DNA of 64,000 nt, from the NCBI GenBank assembly GCA_963850905.1, contig CAWKMU010000003.1:1024001-1088000 (forward strand), written 5' to 3'. The position numbers and the translations under genes are program-made. The notes beneath the pieces were generated by a model, which was not told where the DNA came from, searched no databases, and saw only the letters and a program-made list of their open reading frames with translations. Shown piece after piece: positions 9,372-18,729 of this stretch. This stretch comes from an uncultured Gemmatimonadales bacterium (GTDB lineage: Bacteria; Gemmatimonadota; Gemmatimonadetes; Gemmatimonadales; Gemmatimonadaceae). How positions within the stretch are numbered: the stretch's first letter is position 1; every line of letters starts with the position of its first letter.

Positions 9372-10355
9372 CTACGCGAATAGCGATCGCTTCAGCACGT
9401 CCAGATTGAGCCGGCCAGCATGAAATGTGCGACCGCTCCCGCAACTGGTCAGCCAGACTTCGGCCGGGCTGAAGAGCAACGGATCGATTTTGTAGAAGTC
9501 ATTGTTGTAACGAGCGAAGATCTCATGGAACGGCGTGCCATAGTCGCGCGACGCCGCCGCAGGCAGCCGTTCTGCCAGCGACGCGAGCTCCGCGTCGCTC
9601 GCGTCGACGGCGTACCGCGCCTGAGCGCCATAGAGGATGCAGTCGTTCGTCCGCCCGATCGCCACGATATCGTCGGCAGGAACGGGTGGGACGGGCGCCG
9701 TGCCGACGCCACCGACGACGCGAGTCACGTCGAAGCCGAGTGAGTCCATCTTGTGCAGGCCAGTCTCCAGGGATCGTGCAGCAATCTGCACGCATCCGGC
9801 GATGCTTGCGGTTGGCGCGACGACCAGGGTCACCTGCGACGGGTCGAGACCCGATCGCTGCGCGATCCACGCAGCCACCTGCTCCGTCGGCATGCGGCGA
9901 GTCTCGAGTACCAGGACTCCCCGACTGGCGGCCTCCGTGTACCCGAGCTTGGTGAACAACTGGTGCTCGACCCGGGCCTGCGCGCGGAGGGGCCCAGATC
10001 CCATGCCAAAGAAGTCACCCACCTTTACGGCCCACCCAGCGTACTGTGAAGCCATGCAGCTGATCGCAGGATGGTCTGTCCACACCTGCACACCCGGGAA
10101 GATTTCCTCGCCAATGGTCACGGGTTGATAGGACACGTGGCCCAGACCCCCCATGCAAATGCGGGCGACGGCGAGGCCCGCACCGAGGCCACCGCGCGCC
10201 TCGATGCCTGCGTCGATGACACGGGCGTCGTTCTCGAGTCGGATCGTCTCTATCCCGAGCTCGGTGGAGCGGGCACACATGTCGTCTGCGGCCCGCCACG
10301 CGCGATCGTTCATCGCAAAGTCGTCGGTCGTCGGAGCGTGGCTGATCGTCGTCAT
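9372..10355 (-). CDS. mch: Methenyl-tetrahydromethanopterin cyclohydrolase
   Basis: CMASQYAGW, MGSGPLRA, QIAARSLETGLHK, GRTNDCILYG, FYKIDPLLFSPA. Confidence 0.95.
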   Translation of the reverse strand: MTTISHAPTTDDFAMNDRAWRAADDMCARSTELGIETIRLENDARVIDAGIEARGGLGAGLAVARICMGGLGHVSYQPVTIGEEIFPGVQVWTDHPAISCMASQYAGWAVKVGDFFGMGSGPLRAQARVEHQLFTKLGYTEAASRGVLVLETRRMPTEQVAAWIAQRSGLDPSQVTLVVAPTASIAGCVQIAARSLETGLHKMDSLGFDVTRVVGGVGTAPVPPVPADDIVAIGRTNDCILYGAQARYAVDASDAELASLAERLPAAASRDYGTPFHEIFARYNNDFYKIDPLLFSPAEVWLTSCGSGRTFHAGRLNLDVLKRSLFA

Positions 10356-10404
10356 GCTGGAATTGCTCCTACGTGTCAGGCGCGTGCCACACCTGGCTGC
10401 AGGG

Positions 10405-11259
10405 TCAGTGGCTGGTGTTGCCGGCCCAGATCAGTAGCTCGCCCTTGCCCAGCTGCGAGATATCGCCGCAATACCGTGCGTAGCGCCCTGTGGCGATCCG
10501 GGCGTCGATCGGTACGGCGCGCGACCGAAGATACTGAAATAGCACCCGAAGGTAGGGCGGGCGATATGTGCACGCGTAACGATATGTAAGCGGCACGGTT
10601 GCCCCGCCAATGGTGATGATCGATCCCCGTTTGTTCCATTGGCCGATGGTGCCCGTAATCGCACCTCCGACAACCAATGTGCCTGCGATCATCGCCCGAC
10701 CGGCGTCAACCGTGTCGCCACCGACAACGACCAGGCCGCGCCGCACCGCGCCGGCCGCTTCGCGCCCCGCGCTACCGTGGACGAATATCTCGCCGCCTGT
10801 CATTCCGCGCGAGGCGCCGGGCAGAGGCCCTCCGAGCCGGTCGCCTGCACTGCCGCCAATCGTCAGCGTGCCTCCCGCCATGGCGAGACCGGCATCGGAA
10901 CCGGCTGAGCCCGACAGGTTGATCGCGCCGCCCCGCATCATGTAGCCGACGCCCACGCCTGCGTCCCCTTCGATCGTGAGGATGCCGCCGCCCATGTCTG
11001 CCCCCAAGCGATCGACTGTGCGGAGATCACCGGATACCTGCACGGTCGAGGCGCGCTCCCCACGGATGTCGAACAGCTCACCGAGTGGCGCCGCATGACG
11101 CGGCATCTCCTTCCCGTCGCCCGTCGCGCGCGACAGCCAGACCGGGAGCGCTCCGATCTCCCGATTGGACAGTGTACCGAACCGGTCGGGCGCCACGACG
11201 TCGGCCATCACCCGCGCGTCCGGCGCCGCCTTGAGCCTGAGGGTGATCCGGTCAGACAT
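10405..11259 (-). CDS. fhcC: Formyltransferase/hydrolase complex subunit C (FwdC-like)
   Basis: Gly-rich GXGXXM beta-helix repeats (GMTGGEIFVHGSAG), C-terminal RYCGD...GKGELL. Start at MSDRITL overlaps the fhcD end. Confidence 0.92.
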   Translation of the reverse strand: MSDRITLRLKAAPDARVMADVVAPDRFGTLSNREIGALPVWLSRATGDGKEMPRHAAPLGELFDIRGERASTVQVSGDLRTVDRLGADMGGGILTIEGDAGVGVGYMMRGGAINLSGSAGSDAGLAMAGGTLTIGGSAGDRLGGPLPGASRGMTGGEIFVHGSAGREAAGAVRRGLVVVGGDTVDAGRAMIAGTLVVGGAITGTIGQWNKRGSIITIGGATVPLTYRYACTYRPPYLRVLFQYLRSRAVPIDARIATGRYARYCGDISQLGKGELLIWAGNTSH

Positions 11260-12214
11260 GTGCGGCCATGATGCGGCGCAAGAAGAAGTGGTGGGGACCC
11301 AACTTGCCGCCGTAGTTGCCGGCTGTGATGGTGTGGACTCCGGGACGACACGCCGCGTCGATGCCAAGGCGCATGGCTGCGGCAATCGAGCCGAAGTCGA
11401 GCCCATCGAGCACGATCTCGAATACGGCATTCACCCCGTCCGGCAGATCGCTCGTGGTCAGCGGGCGCAGCGTGGGCGCAAACGCATCGTTGGTCGTCGC
11501 CACGAGTTTCTTGTAGCGCTTCGAGCCCACTTTGCTGCCGCTCCGGACGATGCCCCCGGGAAAGGGGAGAATCACGCCTCGCATCCCCTTCATGGCCTCG
11601 ACGGACGCCTCCGCCGCCGCGAGCGCCGTCTCCTCGGTCTCCCCGAGGACGAGGAAGTTGCCGCCGCCGATGCCGCTCGCACGGCCAAAGGTTTCCTCGA
11701 TTACGAACTCACCCTCCATCACGGGGATCCGCCAGTAGCGGCGACCGCCGATCACCTTGCTCGCCTGATAGCCGTCGCCGAAGACACGCAGGGCACGGCC
11801 GATGCTCAGGCGCTCCGCCGTACCGGGCAAGCCATCGAAGCACGCCGTCGTGGGACATGTGAGCACAGTCTGGCCGACCCTCTCGATGAGACGCGCCTGG
11901 AGCCCCGCGGTGTCCGTGGCGAACAACAAGACACTCACGCCGGGGCGGCCGTCGGGCGTCTCTTCGTTCGCCAACTCGGATTCGATGCCCGCCTCGCACT
12001 TGCACCCGATGACGGATGTTGCGAACCCTGTCATCGTTGTTGCGGCCTGGCGCGCCCAGCGCATCGTCGCGGCAGTAATGACGATCCGCGCCCCGCGCAT
12101 CGGGAACGCTTCGGCGAAGGTGTCGTCAATGTGGACTCCACGAATCGATGCGGGGGCGGGATCGCCCCCCGACGGCGTCGGGTCGGTGGAGTCGCTCGTG
12201 CGAGTCGCGCTCAT
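11252..12214 (-). CDS. fhcD: Formylmethanofuran:H4MPT N-formyltransferase
   Basis: IDDTFAEAF, TSVIGCKCEAGIE, TPDGRPG, LTCPTTACF, GGIVRSGSK, AGNYGGKLG. Confidence 0.96.
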   Translation of the reverse strand: MSATRTSDSTDPTPSGGDPAPASIRGVHIDDTFAEAFPMRGARIVITAATMRWARQAATTMTGFATSVIGCKCEAGIESELANEETPDGRPGVSVLLFATDTAGLQARLIERVGQTVLTCPTTACFDGLPGTAERLSIGRALRVFGDGYQASKVIGGRRYWRIPVMEGEFVIEETFGRASGIGGGNFLVLGETEETALAAAEASVEAMKGMRGVILPFPGGIVRSGSKVGSKRYKKLVATTNDAFAPTLRPLTTSDLPDGVNAVFEIVLDGLDFGSIAAAMRLGIDAACRPGVHTITAGNYGGKLGPHHFFLRRIMAAHV

Positions 12215-13830
12215 GCGCCGTAGTTCTCGAAAGACACTGTCAGGTACCGTTCCATGAATTCACGGATAGGCCGCTCGATGCTGGGGTCAAACGCCGGCCG
12301 CACCGTGTGTCGTTGCCCCCGGGGCGCTCGGCGCAGTTGTCCGTCGTCGACGACCAGTACACCTGCCTTCAGCACGTAACGGGGGGTCGAGAACATCCGT
12401 GTGCGATCGGCGTCTGGCGCGTAAATGGTGATGTCCGCGTCGGCGCCGGGGCCGAGATGTCCTTTGGTGGAGAGGCCGAGCAGCCGCGCGGGACCAGCGC
12501 GAGTAATGATTGCGATCTCGTTGAGCGAATACTCGCGCGCGAGCCCGTCGGCGATGGCACTGCCAGCGAGCATCTTGGGATTGGCAGCCTTGAGCCGTTC
12601 GTCACGATAGGTCCGATCCATCAGGAGATGGATCAGCTCCGGATAGCTCGTGAACGACCCGCCATTGGGATGATCGGTCGACAGCACGAGCCGCCACGGG
12701 TCGCTCGACAGCAGGAACAGCTCGAGACCAATGGCCCACTGCAGCGCGCTCACGGCGGCTCGATCGCGGTAGGTGTACGGGACGATGCCGCATCCCGTCT
12801 CCACCTCAATGTCGACGTTGGTCCATTTGCGCCCGCTGCTCGCGTGGAGCAGGTACTCCACCGGGCCGTCGGCCGTCACCGTGCATGCGGGGCCAAACAT
12901 CACCTGCCCCACGTCGCCGCTGAGCTCCGGGTGCGTCGCGAGATAGTCGGTGAGTTGTCGAGCCCCCGACGCCCATTGGCCGCGTGCCCCGCCGTAGCTG
13001 TGAAACTGCAAGTGGGTGAAATGCGCGCGACGACCGTCGATGGCGCGCATGCTGTCCAGCGTCATCGCGACGTTGCCGGCCACACCCAACTTGTTGCAGT
13101 GCACGTGCACCGGGTGCGGCAGCTCGAGGTCGGCGGCAGCGTCCGCGAGCGTTTCGAGAATCGCCCGCGGTGTCACGGCGGCATCTCCGACCGGGACGTC
13201 CAGGGATTCGACGTGGCGGACGTTGCGCTTCCACAGCTCGACGCCGCCCGGGTTGACAATCTTGATCGCGTAGCCCTTGGCGGCGGAGAGGAGCCACGCG
13301 GCATACGCGCGCGCTTGCTCATGCTCCCTCGCCGCGATCAGCCGATGCAGGAACGCGTCGTTGCCCATCAGGATGAAACAGCCTGTGTCGACAATCGGCG
13401 TGTCATCCAATTGCGCATGGGTCTCGCGCGCGCTGATGGCCGCCACCGCAGCATCGAACACCGTGGTGTACCCAAGCCCTGCATAGCGATAGCCCGTCGT
13501 GAACGTCGTCGGCACTACGCCAGCAGTGCCGGAGCGGGGAATCACGATCTCGCCATTGCCATCAGACGCGAGTGTGGGCGCGTTGGCCGGATGGTGGGCG
13601 TGGTCCTCGGGCATGAGGCGGCGGGCCTGGTTGACGCTGGCCGACGCGATATGGGCGTGCATGTCCACGCCACCGGCCATGACGACGAGTCCGCGCGCGT
13701 CGAGACGCGGCGCCTCGGCGCTCACCGCCGGGACGATGCGTCCATCGTGCACGCAGATATCACGGACCGCGCCGTCGACCCCGTTGGCTGGATCGTGCAC
13801 GGTTCCCCCGACGATGCGCAGCGCGGACAT
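12211..13830 (-). CDS. fhcA: Formyltransferase/hydrolase complex subunit A (amidohydrolase, FwdA-like)
   Basis: DMHAH, YAGLGYTT, IKIVNPGG, HVHCN, THLQFHSYG, STDHPNGG, ITRAGPA. Confidence 0.96.
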   Translation of the reverse strand: MSALRIVGGTVHDPANGVDGAVRDICVHDGRIVPAVSAEAPRLDARGLVVMAGGVDMHAHIASASVNQARRLMPEDHAHHPANAPTLASDGNGEIVIPRSGTAGVVPTTFTTGYRYAGLGYTTVFDAAVAAISARETHAQLDDTPIVDTGCFILMGNDAFLHRLIAAREHEQARAYAAWLLSAAKGYAIKIVNPGGVELWKRNVRHVESLDVPVGDAAVTPRAILETLADAAADLELPHPVHVHCNKLGVAGNVAMTLDSMRAIDGRRAHFTHLQFHSYGGARGQWASGARQLTDYLATHPELSGDVGQVMFGPACTVTADGPVEYLLHASSGRKWTNVDIEVETGCGIVPYTYRDRAAVSALQWAIGLELFLLSSDPWRLVLSTDHPNGGSFTSYPELIHLLMDRTYRDERLKAANPKMLAGSAIADGLAREYSLNEIAIITRAGPARLLGLSTKGHLGPGADADITIYAPDADRTRMFSTPRYVLKAGVLVVDDGQLRRAPRGQRHTVRPAFDPSIERPIREFMERYLTVSFENYGA

Positions 13831-15221
13831 CAGGACCGCGCCGCCGTGCCTATCCCGTATTCGGGGCGCGCGATCGCTGCAAGCAAGGCGCGGAGGGCGA
13901 GGTAGCCGTCCTGAGGCCGGCCGCTCCGCGCGAGCGCGTCACCCATCGCCACATCAGATCCCGCTGCCGCACGCTCGTAGACCGCCGACACGAGATCCGA
14001 TTCCAGTGCGGGACGAAGCGGAAGCGAGACGTCATCCATCCGCAAGGCACTGCCCCGTTCGTGGATACCGGCAATGCCCGTGTCGATCGCAACCGCGACC
14101 GGATAGGAGCTGTCGGAGGCGCGTGGTCCGATCGCGACGCACGACACGCCGTTGGCGAGTCCGCGTGCGACGGCGGGAGGCACGGCCCGCGCCGCCCCTA
14201 CGACGACCGCGACGTCGACCTCGCCGCTCTCGAGCAGCGCCGCGGCGGCGCGATCGGGCCGATAGCTCGGAGCCCCTCTGGAGAAATCAACCGCCATCGG
14301 GAAGCCGGTCTGCCACGTCATGACAGCGTCCGCCCCCGACCGATTCCCGCCGCCCCGTAGCGTGCTGAGCGCGCAGCGCATCGACCGGTTGAGTGCCTCA
14401 ACCAAGAGGATGAGTGACTCGCTGCGTTGCGGGTCCCGAGCTGCCGCCGGTTCGCTGTCGGCGACGATCGTAGCGTAGCGGCCGGTGCGCACGAGACCGG
14501 CGAGGCGAGCCGCGCGCGCTTCGAGCGAGTCGTCTCCGCCATCGGCCTCGAGCGCCCCGGTGACCGCCGCGCGTGCGAGCGTGAGCCCCGCTACCTCCTC
14601 ATCTGTCGCGAAGCTCACGCGTGCGTCGGCGTCGGAAGGCCCGTGGTCCCCTCCGATATCGACTGCGATCACCTGCCGGCCTGCGCGTCCCAGCGGGACA
14701 TAGAGGCCGATCGGTTGCGGCGTGTAGCGCGATGTAAATCGAGGATATCGCGTGGCCGGGTCCACTCCCCAGAACACGACGGTGTCCGCCCGGTTTCGGA
14801 TCTCACCGAGTGTCGCGGTGACGCGGCCGCGCCGTTGAGCCGCCAGGATGCCGTCCCCCGCCGTCGCCGTTGTGATGCTGTCGAGTGCGGCACCGAGGAC
14901 ATCGGCGATCGCGATCGCCACACGCTGCGATTCGCACGACAGCTCCGTGGCGATGTACACGAGTGGTCGACGAGCGCCGCGGAGGAGTTGCGCCGCCTCG
15001 CTGATCGCATCCGCGATCGTCTCGCGGCCGGACCGTGACACGATGCGTGCCGGTATGACTCCGGTCCCGAACCACTCGAGTCCCAGCGCGCATGCGTTGC
15101 GCGCTTCTGCGATGCGCCCCGAGCGGGCGACAACGGTAATGTCGTCGCAAGCGCAGCCGCATCCGAGGCAGGTGGCATGCTCGACCGTTCGGTCGGGCGT
15201 CAGGCGCGAGTCGTCAGCCAC
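13830..15221 (-). CDS. fhcB: Formyltransferase/hydrolase complex subunit B (FwdB-like)
   Basis: TCLGCGCACDDI, TLGEIRNRAD, WQTGFPMAVDF, GIHERGSALRMD. Confidence 0.92.
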   Translation of the reverse strand: MADDSRLTPDRTVEHATCLGCGCACDDITVVARSGRIAEARNACALGLEWFGTGVIPARIVSRSGRETIADAISEAAQLLRGARRPLVYIATELSCESQRVAIAIADVLGAALDSITTATAGDGILAAQRRGRVTATLGEIRNRADTVVFWGVDPATRYPRFTSRYTPQPIGLYVPLGRAGRQVIAVDIGGDHGPSDADARVSFATDEEVAGLTLARAAVTGALEADGGDDSLEARAARLAGLVRTGRYATIVADSEPAAARDPQRSESLILLVEALNRSMRCALSTLRGGGNRSGADAVMTWQTGFPMAVDFSRGAPSYRPDRAAAALLESGEVDVAVVVGAARAVPPAVARGLANGVSCVAIGPRASDSSYPVAVAIDTGIAGIHERGSALRMDDVSLPLRPALESDLVSAVYERAAAGSDVAMGDALARSGRPQDGYLALRALLAAIARPEYGIGTAARS

Positions 15222-15256
15222 TGGGAGCGTCCGAAGGTGGGCGCTGGGAATATACG

Positions 15257-16402
15257 TTACCGACGCTCAGTCTCGTCGTGGATCCTGGCGGCACGCGCCG
15301 CGAGCGCCTCGTAGCACTCGCTCATCGTCGGCGCGATCGCGAACACGGTGCAGATCGGGGCGCCTCTCCGAACGGAGAGGCCGGCTGGTGGCACATCTCG
15401 CACGTCGGTGTCGGCGAGCCAGTGGTCGGCCGATGGTGTCACGACGTCGCGCCGTGCGAACACGATTGCCTTGCCGGCTGCTGCACTGACGGATGCGGGT
15501 TTGATGAGCGCTGACAGCGTGCCGGTACAGCCCGCGACGTGTGTGCGGAAGATCGAGAGGCCGTCGCGGCGCTCGAAAAGCTCCATGGCAGCGGTGTGTC
15601 GCGGATTGATCTCGATGGGAATCACCCGGGCCCGATGCACGATAACATCCACGCCGTTGACTCCGACGAGCCCGAATGCGCGTGTCAGCACCGCGGCGAG
15701 TTGCGCGCCACGCTCGGCAAGCGGCGAGCTCGCTCCCCACTCTGTATCCTCTGGCGGCGCGAGGAGCGAACCGCAGTAGCGAAACCCGTGTGATCCAAAG
15801 CGGCGCTCGCCGACGAGTTGGCGGGTGACCCCGAGGACGATCGCGCGCTCGCCATCGGCTGCGAAGAGGACGGAGGCCGCGCGGCCGGCTATGCGCTCCT
15901 GCAGGACGCAGGACCGCGGCACCGCGAGGCCGGGGGACCAGGGGACGATGCCGTGCCCGCCCCCTGACGCACGCGGCTTGAGCAACCATCGTGAGATCGA
16001 CGAGCCGGCGACGGGGCGCGGCGGACGCTTGCGGACGAGCGCAGCCGGCAACCCAGCCGCGCGGACCACCTCGGCAAGGGCCGCAGGATCGCGCGCGCGC
16101 GCGAGCACCTGCGGCGGATTGCCCCATAGCGTGCGGCCGCGCTGCAAGCGGCGAAGCGCAGCCGGATGATTCTCGAAGTTCGATACGTAACACACCGCGC
16201 CCGCATCGAGGTCACGTGATGCGTCCGCCGCCGCGGCCGCGCTATACGGAACCACTCGGCGCACGTCGGTCGCGACGGCTTGGAGATCGAGATCGCTGAA
16301 CGCATCGACTGCGGTGACCCTGTATCCGGCTCGCACCGCTGATTCCGTCAAGCCACGCACGCTCACGCCGGCGATCAGAACGTCCTTACTCAGCCTGGTC
16401 AA
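15257..16402 (-). CDS. ATP-grasp domain protein (COG2232-like, H4MPT/methanofuran cluster)
   Basis: GVSVRGLTESA, DAFSDLD, FENHP, LLKPRASGGG, GVNGVD, IEINPR. The TTG start is approximate. Confidence 0.85.
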   Translation of the reverse strand: MTRLSKDVLIAGVSVRGLTESAVRAGYRVTAVDAFSDLDLQAVATDVRRVVPYSAAAAADASRDLDAGAVCYVSNFENHPAALRRLQRGRTLWGNPPQVLARARDPAALAEVVRAAGLPAALVRKRPPRPVAGSSISRWLLKPRASGGGHGIVPWSPGLAVPRSCVLQERIAGRAASVLFAADGERAIVLGVTRQLVGERRFGSHGFRYCGSLLAPPEDTEWGASSPLAERGAQLAAVLTRAFGLVGVNGVDVIVHRARVIPIEINPRHTAAMELFERRDGLSIFRTHVAGCTGTLSALIKPASVSAAAGKAIVFARRDVVTPSADHWLADTDVRDVPPAGLSVRRGAPICTVFAIAPTMSECYEALAARAARIHDETERR

Positions 16403-16427
16403 GTGGCGTCGGGTCTCCTCTCTCCTG

Positions 16428-17540
16428 TCACCTTTCGTCCGTCTCCTCGGCCGCCGCCCCGGGGTGTCCGAGCCCGAGCCTGGCCCGGGCGCGCTCCGGC
16501 GTCACGACGTATAGCCAATCGAGGACGGAGCCCGAGGCGCCGCGCAGCTGGAGGAGATCGACCAGCCGTGCGTGACGGCCGCCGGCCAAGCCATCAGCAA
16601 CCAGAGCTGCGCCTTGCGCGGCCTGTTTGGCGACGTGCGCAAAGCCGTTGAGTGGCACCACTGGCGCGACATCCCCAAGACGCTCCGACAGAGCTCGGGA
16701 GACGACACTAGACCGTGCCAGTCTGCCCGACAGCAGGATCTCCGCGGGGCGCGGCAACGTCACTCGCAGCGCCGCCACCGCCTTACAGGCTCCCTCCACG
16801 AAGGCGTCCCAGGCGAGCTGGCCTCGTGCCGTGGTGGCGTGCGCAACCGCATCGATGTCCGACTCGGGCTCGCCAACCACATCGGCGACTCCGCCGCTGA
16901 ATACCATCTTCTTGGTCACCTGTCCGGCCAGCACCGCGACTTCCGCGTCGAGGGCGCCGGACGCCTTCGCGCCGATTGGGCCGGAAGAGCCGCCGATCCC
17001 GTCGATGATACGACCGCCAGCGACGGCAATCGCGGCTGTAAACGCACCACCCAGCTCCAGGAGAATGAAGGACGTGTCAGTCAGCGACAGGCGCTGGCGC
17101 TGCGACTGATCGTCGATCGCCAGCGCGGCGGCGCACACCTTGTCTGCAGTTCCGAGGTCCACGCGATTGAGCTTCCGGTGTGCGGGCACCGTGGGCAAAT
17201 GCATGACTCCAGGCGTGAACATGATCGGGAGCGAGGAGCTGGCGAGCGCACGCAGGAGGCGCCCGAGCCCGCCGATGCCCCCCGCCTCGCCCGTCGGCGA
17301 CAGCAACGCGAGGCGGATCCCCTCCTCCGAGAGCTCTGCCCCCGCCGTGAGCGGCAGCCCATACCCCGAAGGACCGACGATGCAGTGGAAGTGCCCAAGT
17401 CTGGCGATGCGCGCGATGAAGCCGTCGGGATCGGCCAACGCCGAGCGAGTCGGCACGCTCTCATCAACGACCAGCTGTCCATCATCGATCCCACAGAGAT
17501 CAATGGAGAGCGTGCCGGGATCGAGGCCTAAACAGCGCAA
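16428..17540 (-). CDS. DUF1464 family (ASKHA/butyrate-kinase-like) protein
   Basis: GLDPGT, GPSGYG, DLGTADKV, ELGGAFTA, IIDGIGGS, KQAAQGAALVADGLAGG. Confidence 0.85.
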   Translation of the reverse strand: MRCLGLDPGTLSIDLCGIDDGQLVVDESVPTRSALADPDGFIARIARLGHFHCIVGPSGYGLPLTAGAELSEEGIRLALLSPTGEAGGIGGLGRLLRALASSSLPIMFTPGVMHLPTVPAHRKLNRVDLGTADKVCAAALAIDDQSQRQRLSLTDTSFILLELGGAFTAAIAVAGGRIIDGIGGSSGPIGAKASGALDAEVAVLAGQVTKKMVFSGGVADVVGEPESDIDAVAHATTARGQLAWDAFVEGACKAVAALRVTLPRPAEILLSGRLARSSVVSRALSERLGDVAPVVPLNGFAHVAKQAAQGAALVADGLAGGRHARLVDLLQLRGASGSVLDWLYVVTPERARARLGLGHPGAAAEETDER

Positions 17541-17544
17541 CGGC

Positions 17545-17664
17545 GGGACCAGGGGTCAGGGACCAGGGGTCAGGGAACCACGACAGACGTTCAAGGAAGG
17601 TCGCAGGACGCGAACAGCTTCACGGTTAGTTCCCTGACCCCTGATCCCTGGTCCCCGACCCCTG
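17545..17664. repeat. Heptamer-arm hairpin element (GGGGTCA/TGACCCC arms)
   Basis: gggaccaggggtcagggaccaggggtcagggaac ... gttccctgacccctgatccctggtccccgacccctg. The right arm encodes the Mtd C-terminus. Confidence 0.85.
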
Positions 17665-18510
17665 TAGTTCAAATATCTCCTCCGCGTCCAACATCGCGTC
17701 GCTCACTTCGAAGAGGCGCGCGATGCAGGCCTTGTGGATCTTCATCTTGAGTTTGCCGACAGCGAGGGCGCCGATGCATCGCACGCCATCGTGCGTGGCG
17801 CCGTCGTCGGTTGGCTGGATGCCTTCGATGCCGGCGGGTGGGACGGCGTTGAGATCGACAGCAACCTCGAGACCCCGCCGATTCGCCCACGCGCTGCGGG
17901 GCACCAGCTGCACGCCGACGGGTCCACAATTCAGGAGGACGCGAGCACCGTCCAGGCAAGCGGCGGCGCCGTCGGCGTCGGTCAGACAGTCTGCATGCAC
18001 ATTCCCGCCGAAGCGCTGGAGGATCGTTTGACGTGCCCGGTCGGCGTCTTCCCGGCGCCGCGACGTGATGTGCACCTCGGCGCCGCGCTTGGCGAGCAGC
18101 CCGGCCGCTCGTCTGCCGACGGGTCCCGTGCCCGCGGTGACCACAATCCGTTGGCCAGCGACCGCGCCTCCAACGGCTTCCATGATCTTCACAACCGCTG
18201 CAACCGCGGTGGTGTTGGAGCCGTTCGAATCGAGCATCGCGGAGACACGCATCGGGCCGAAGAACGTCTTTCGAACCGCGTCGAGCATTGCGTCTCCGAC
18301 TGCCATATCCGTTCCGCCGATGAAGATCGCGGTGTTCTTCAGGTCCTTGGGGCCCCGCGTGAAGATGCAGCCATAGACCAGGTCGCGGACATCTGCCGGT
18401 GTAACGCCCGATGTGCTCATGATCTCGTCGGCGCCGGCGTCGTACGCGACGACCTGGTCGAAGACACTCGCGTGCCGGGACGAGTCGAGTTGGAGGAGGA
18501 GCTTCTTCAT
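17626..18510 (-). CDS. mtdA: Methylene-H4MPT/H4F dehydrogenase (MtdA/MtdC family)
   Basis: KKLLLQLD...SVFDQVVAYDAG, IFTRGPKDLKNTAIFIGG, LDSNGSNTTA, GTGPVG, DLNAVPP. The subtype (MtdA or MtdC) needs a phylogeny. Confidence 0.9.
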   Translation of the reverse strand: MKKLLLQLDSSRHASVFDQVVAYDAGADEIMSTSGVTPADVRDLVYGCIFTRGPKDLKNTAIFIGGTDMAVGDAMLDAVRKTFFGPMRVSAMLDSNGSNTTAVAAVVKIMEAVGGAVAGQRIVVTAGTGPVGRRAAGLLAKRGAEVHITSRRREDADRARQTILQRFGGNVHADCLTDADGAAACLDGARVLLNCGPVGVQLVPRSAWANRRGLEVAVDLNAVPPAGIEGIQPTDDGATHDGVRCIGALAVGKLKMKIHKACIARLFEVSDAMLDAEEIFELQGSGTRDQGSGN

Positions 18511-18557
18511 GTTCGGCGAGCCCGAGCTGAGCCCGTGGGAGGTCGTTGAGACTGAAG

Positions 18558-18677
18558 GGCGGGTTTAGGGATCAGGGGTCAGGGGTCAGGGAACAAACTG
18601 CAAGGCCGGTGACGCTGCGGTGCATCTCGCCTCGAGATTTGTTCCCTGACTCCTGACCCCTGATCCCTGACCCCGCC
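18558..18677. repeat. Heptamer-arm hairpin element between fae and mtd
   Basis: ggcgggtttagggatcaggggtcaggggtcagggaacaaa ... tttgttccctgactcctgacccctgatccctgaccccgcc. Confidence 0.88.
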
Positions 18678-18729
18678 ATTTTGGTCTGACTCCTACAATC
18701 GCGAGCCGCTCGAATCCGCCGACGCCAAG

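Noticed and set aside
13830..15221. Catalytic Mo/W formylmethanofuran dehydrogenase (methanogen-type)
   Set aside because: No evident metal-ligating Cys/Sec and no fwdD/F/G. The B-A-D-C order with ftr is the bacterial Fhc arrangement.
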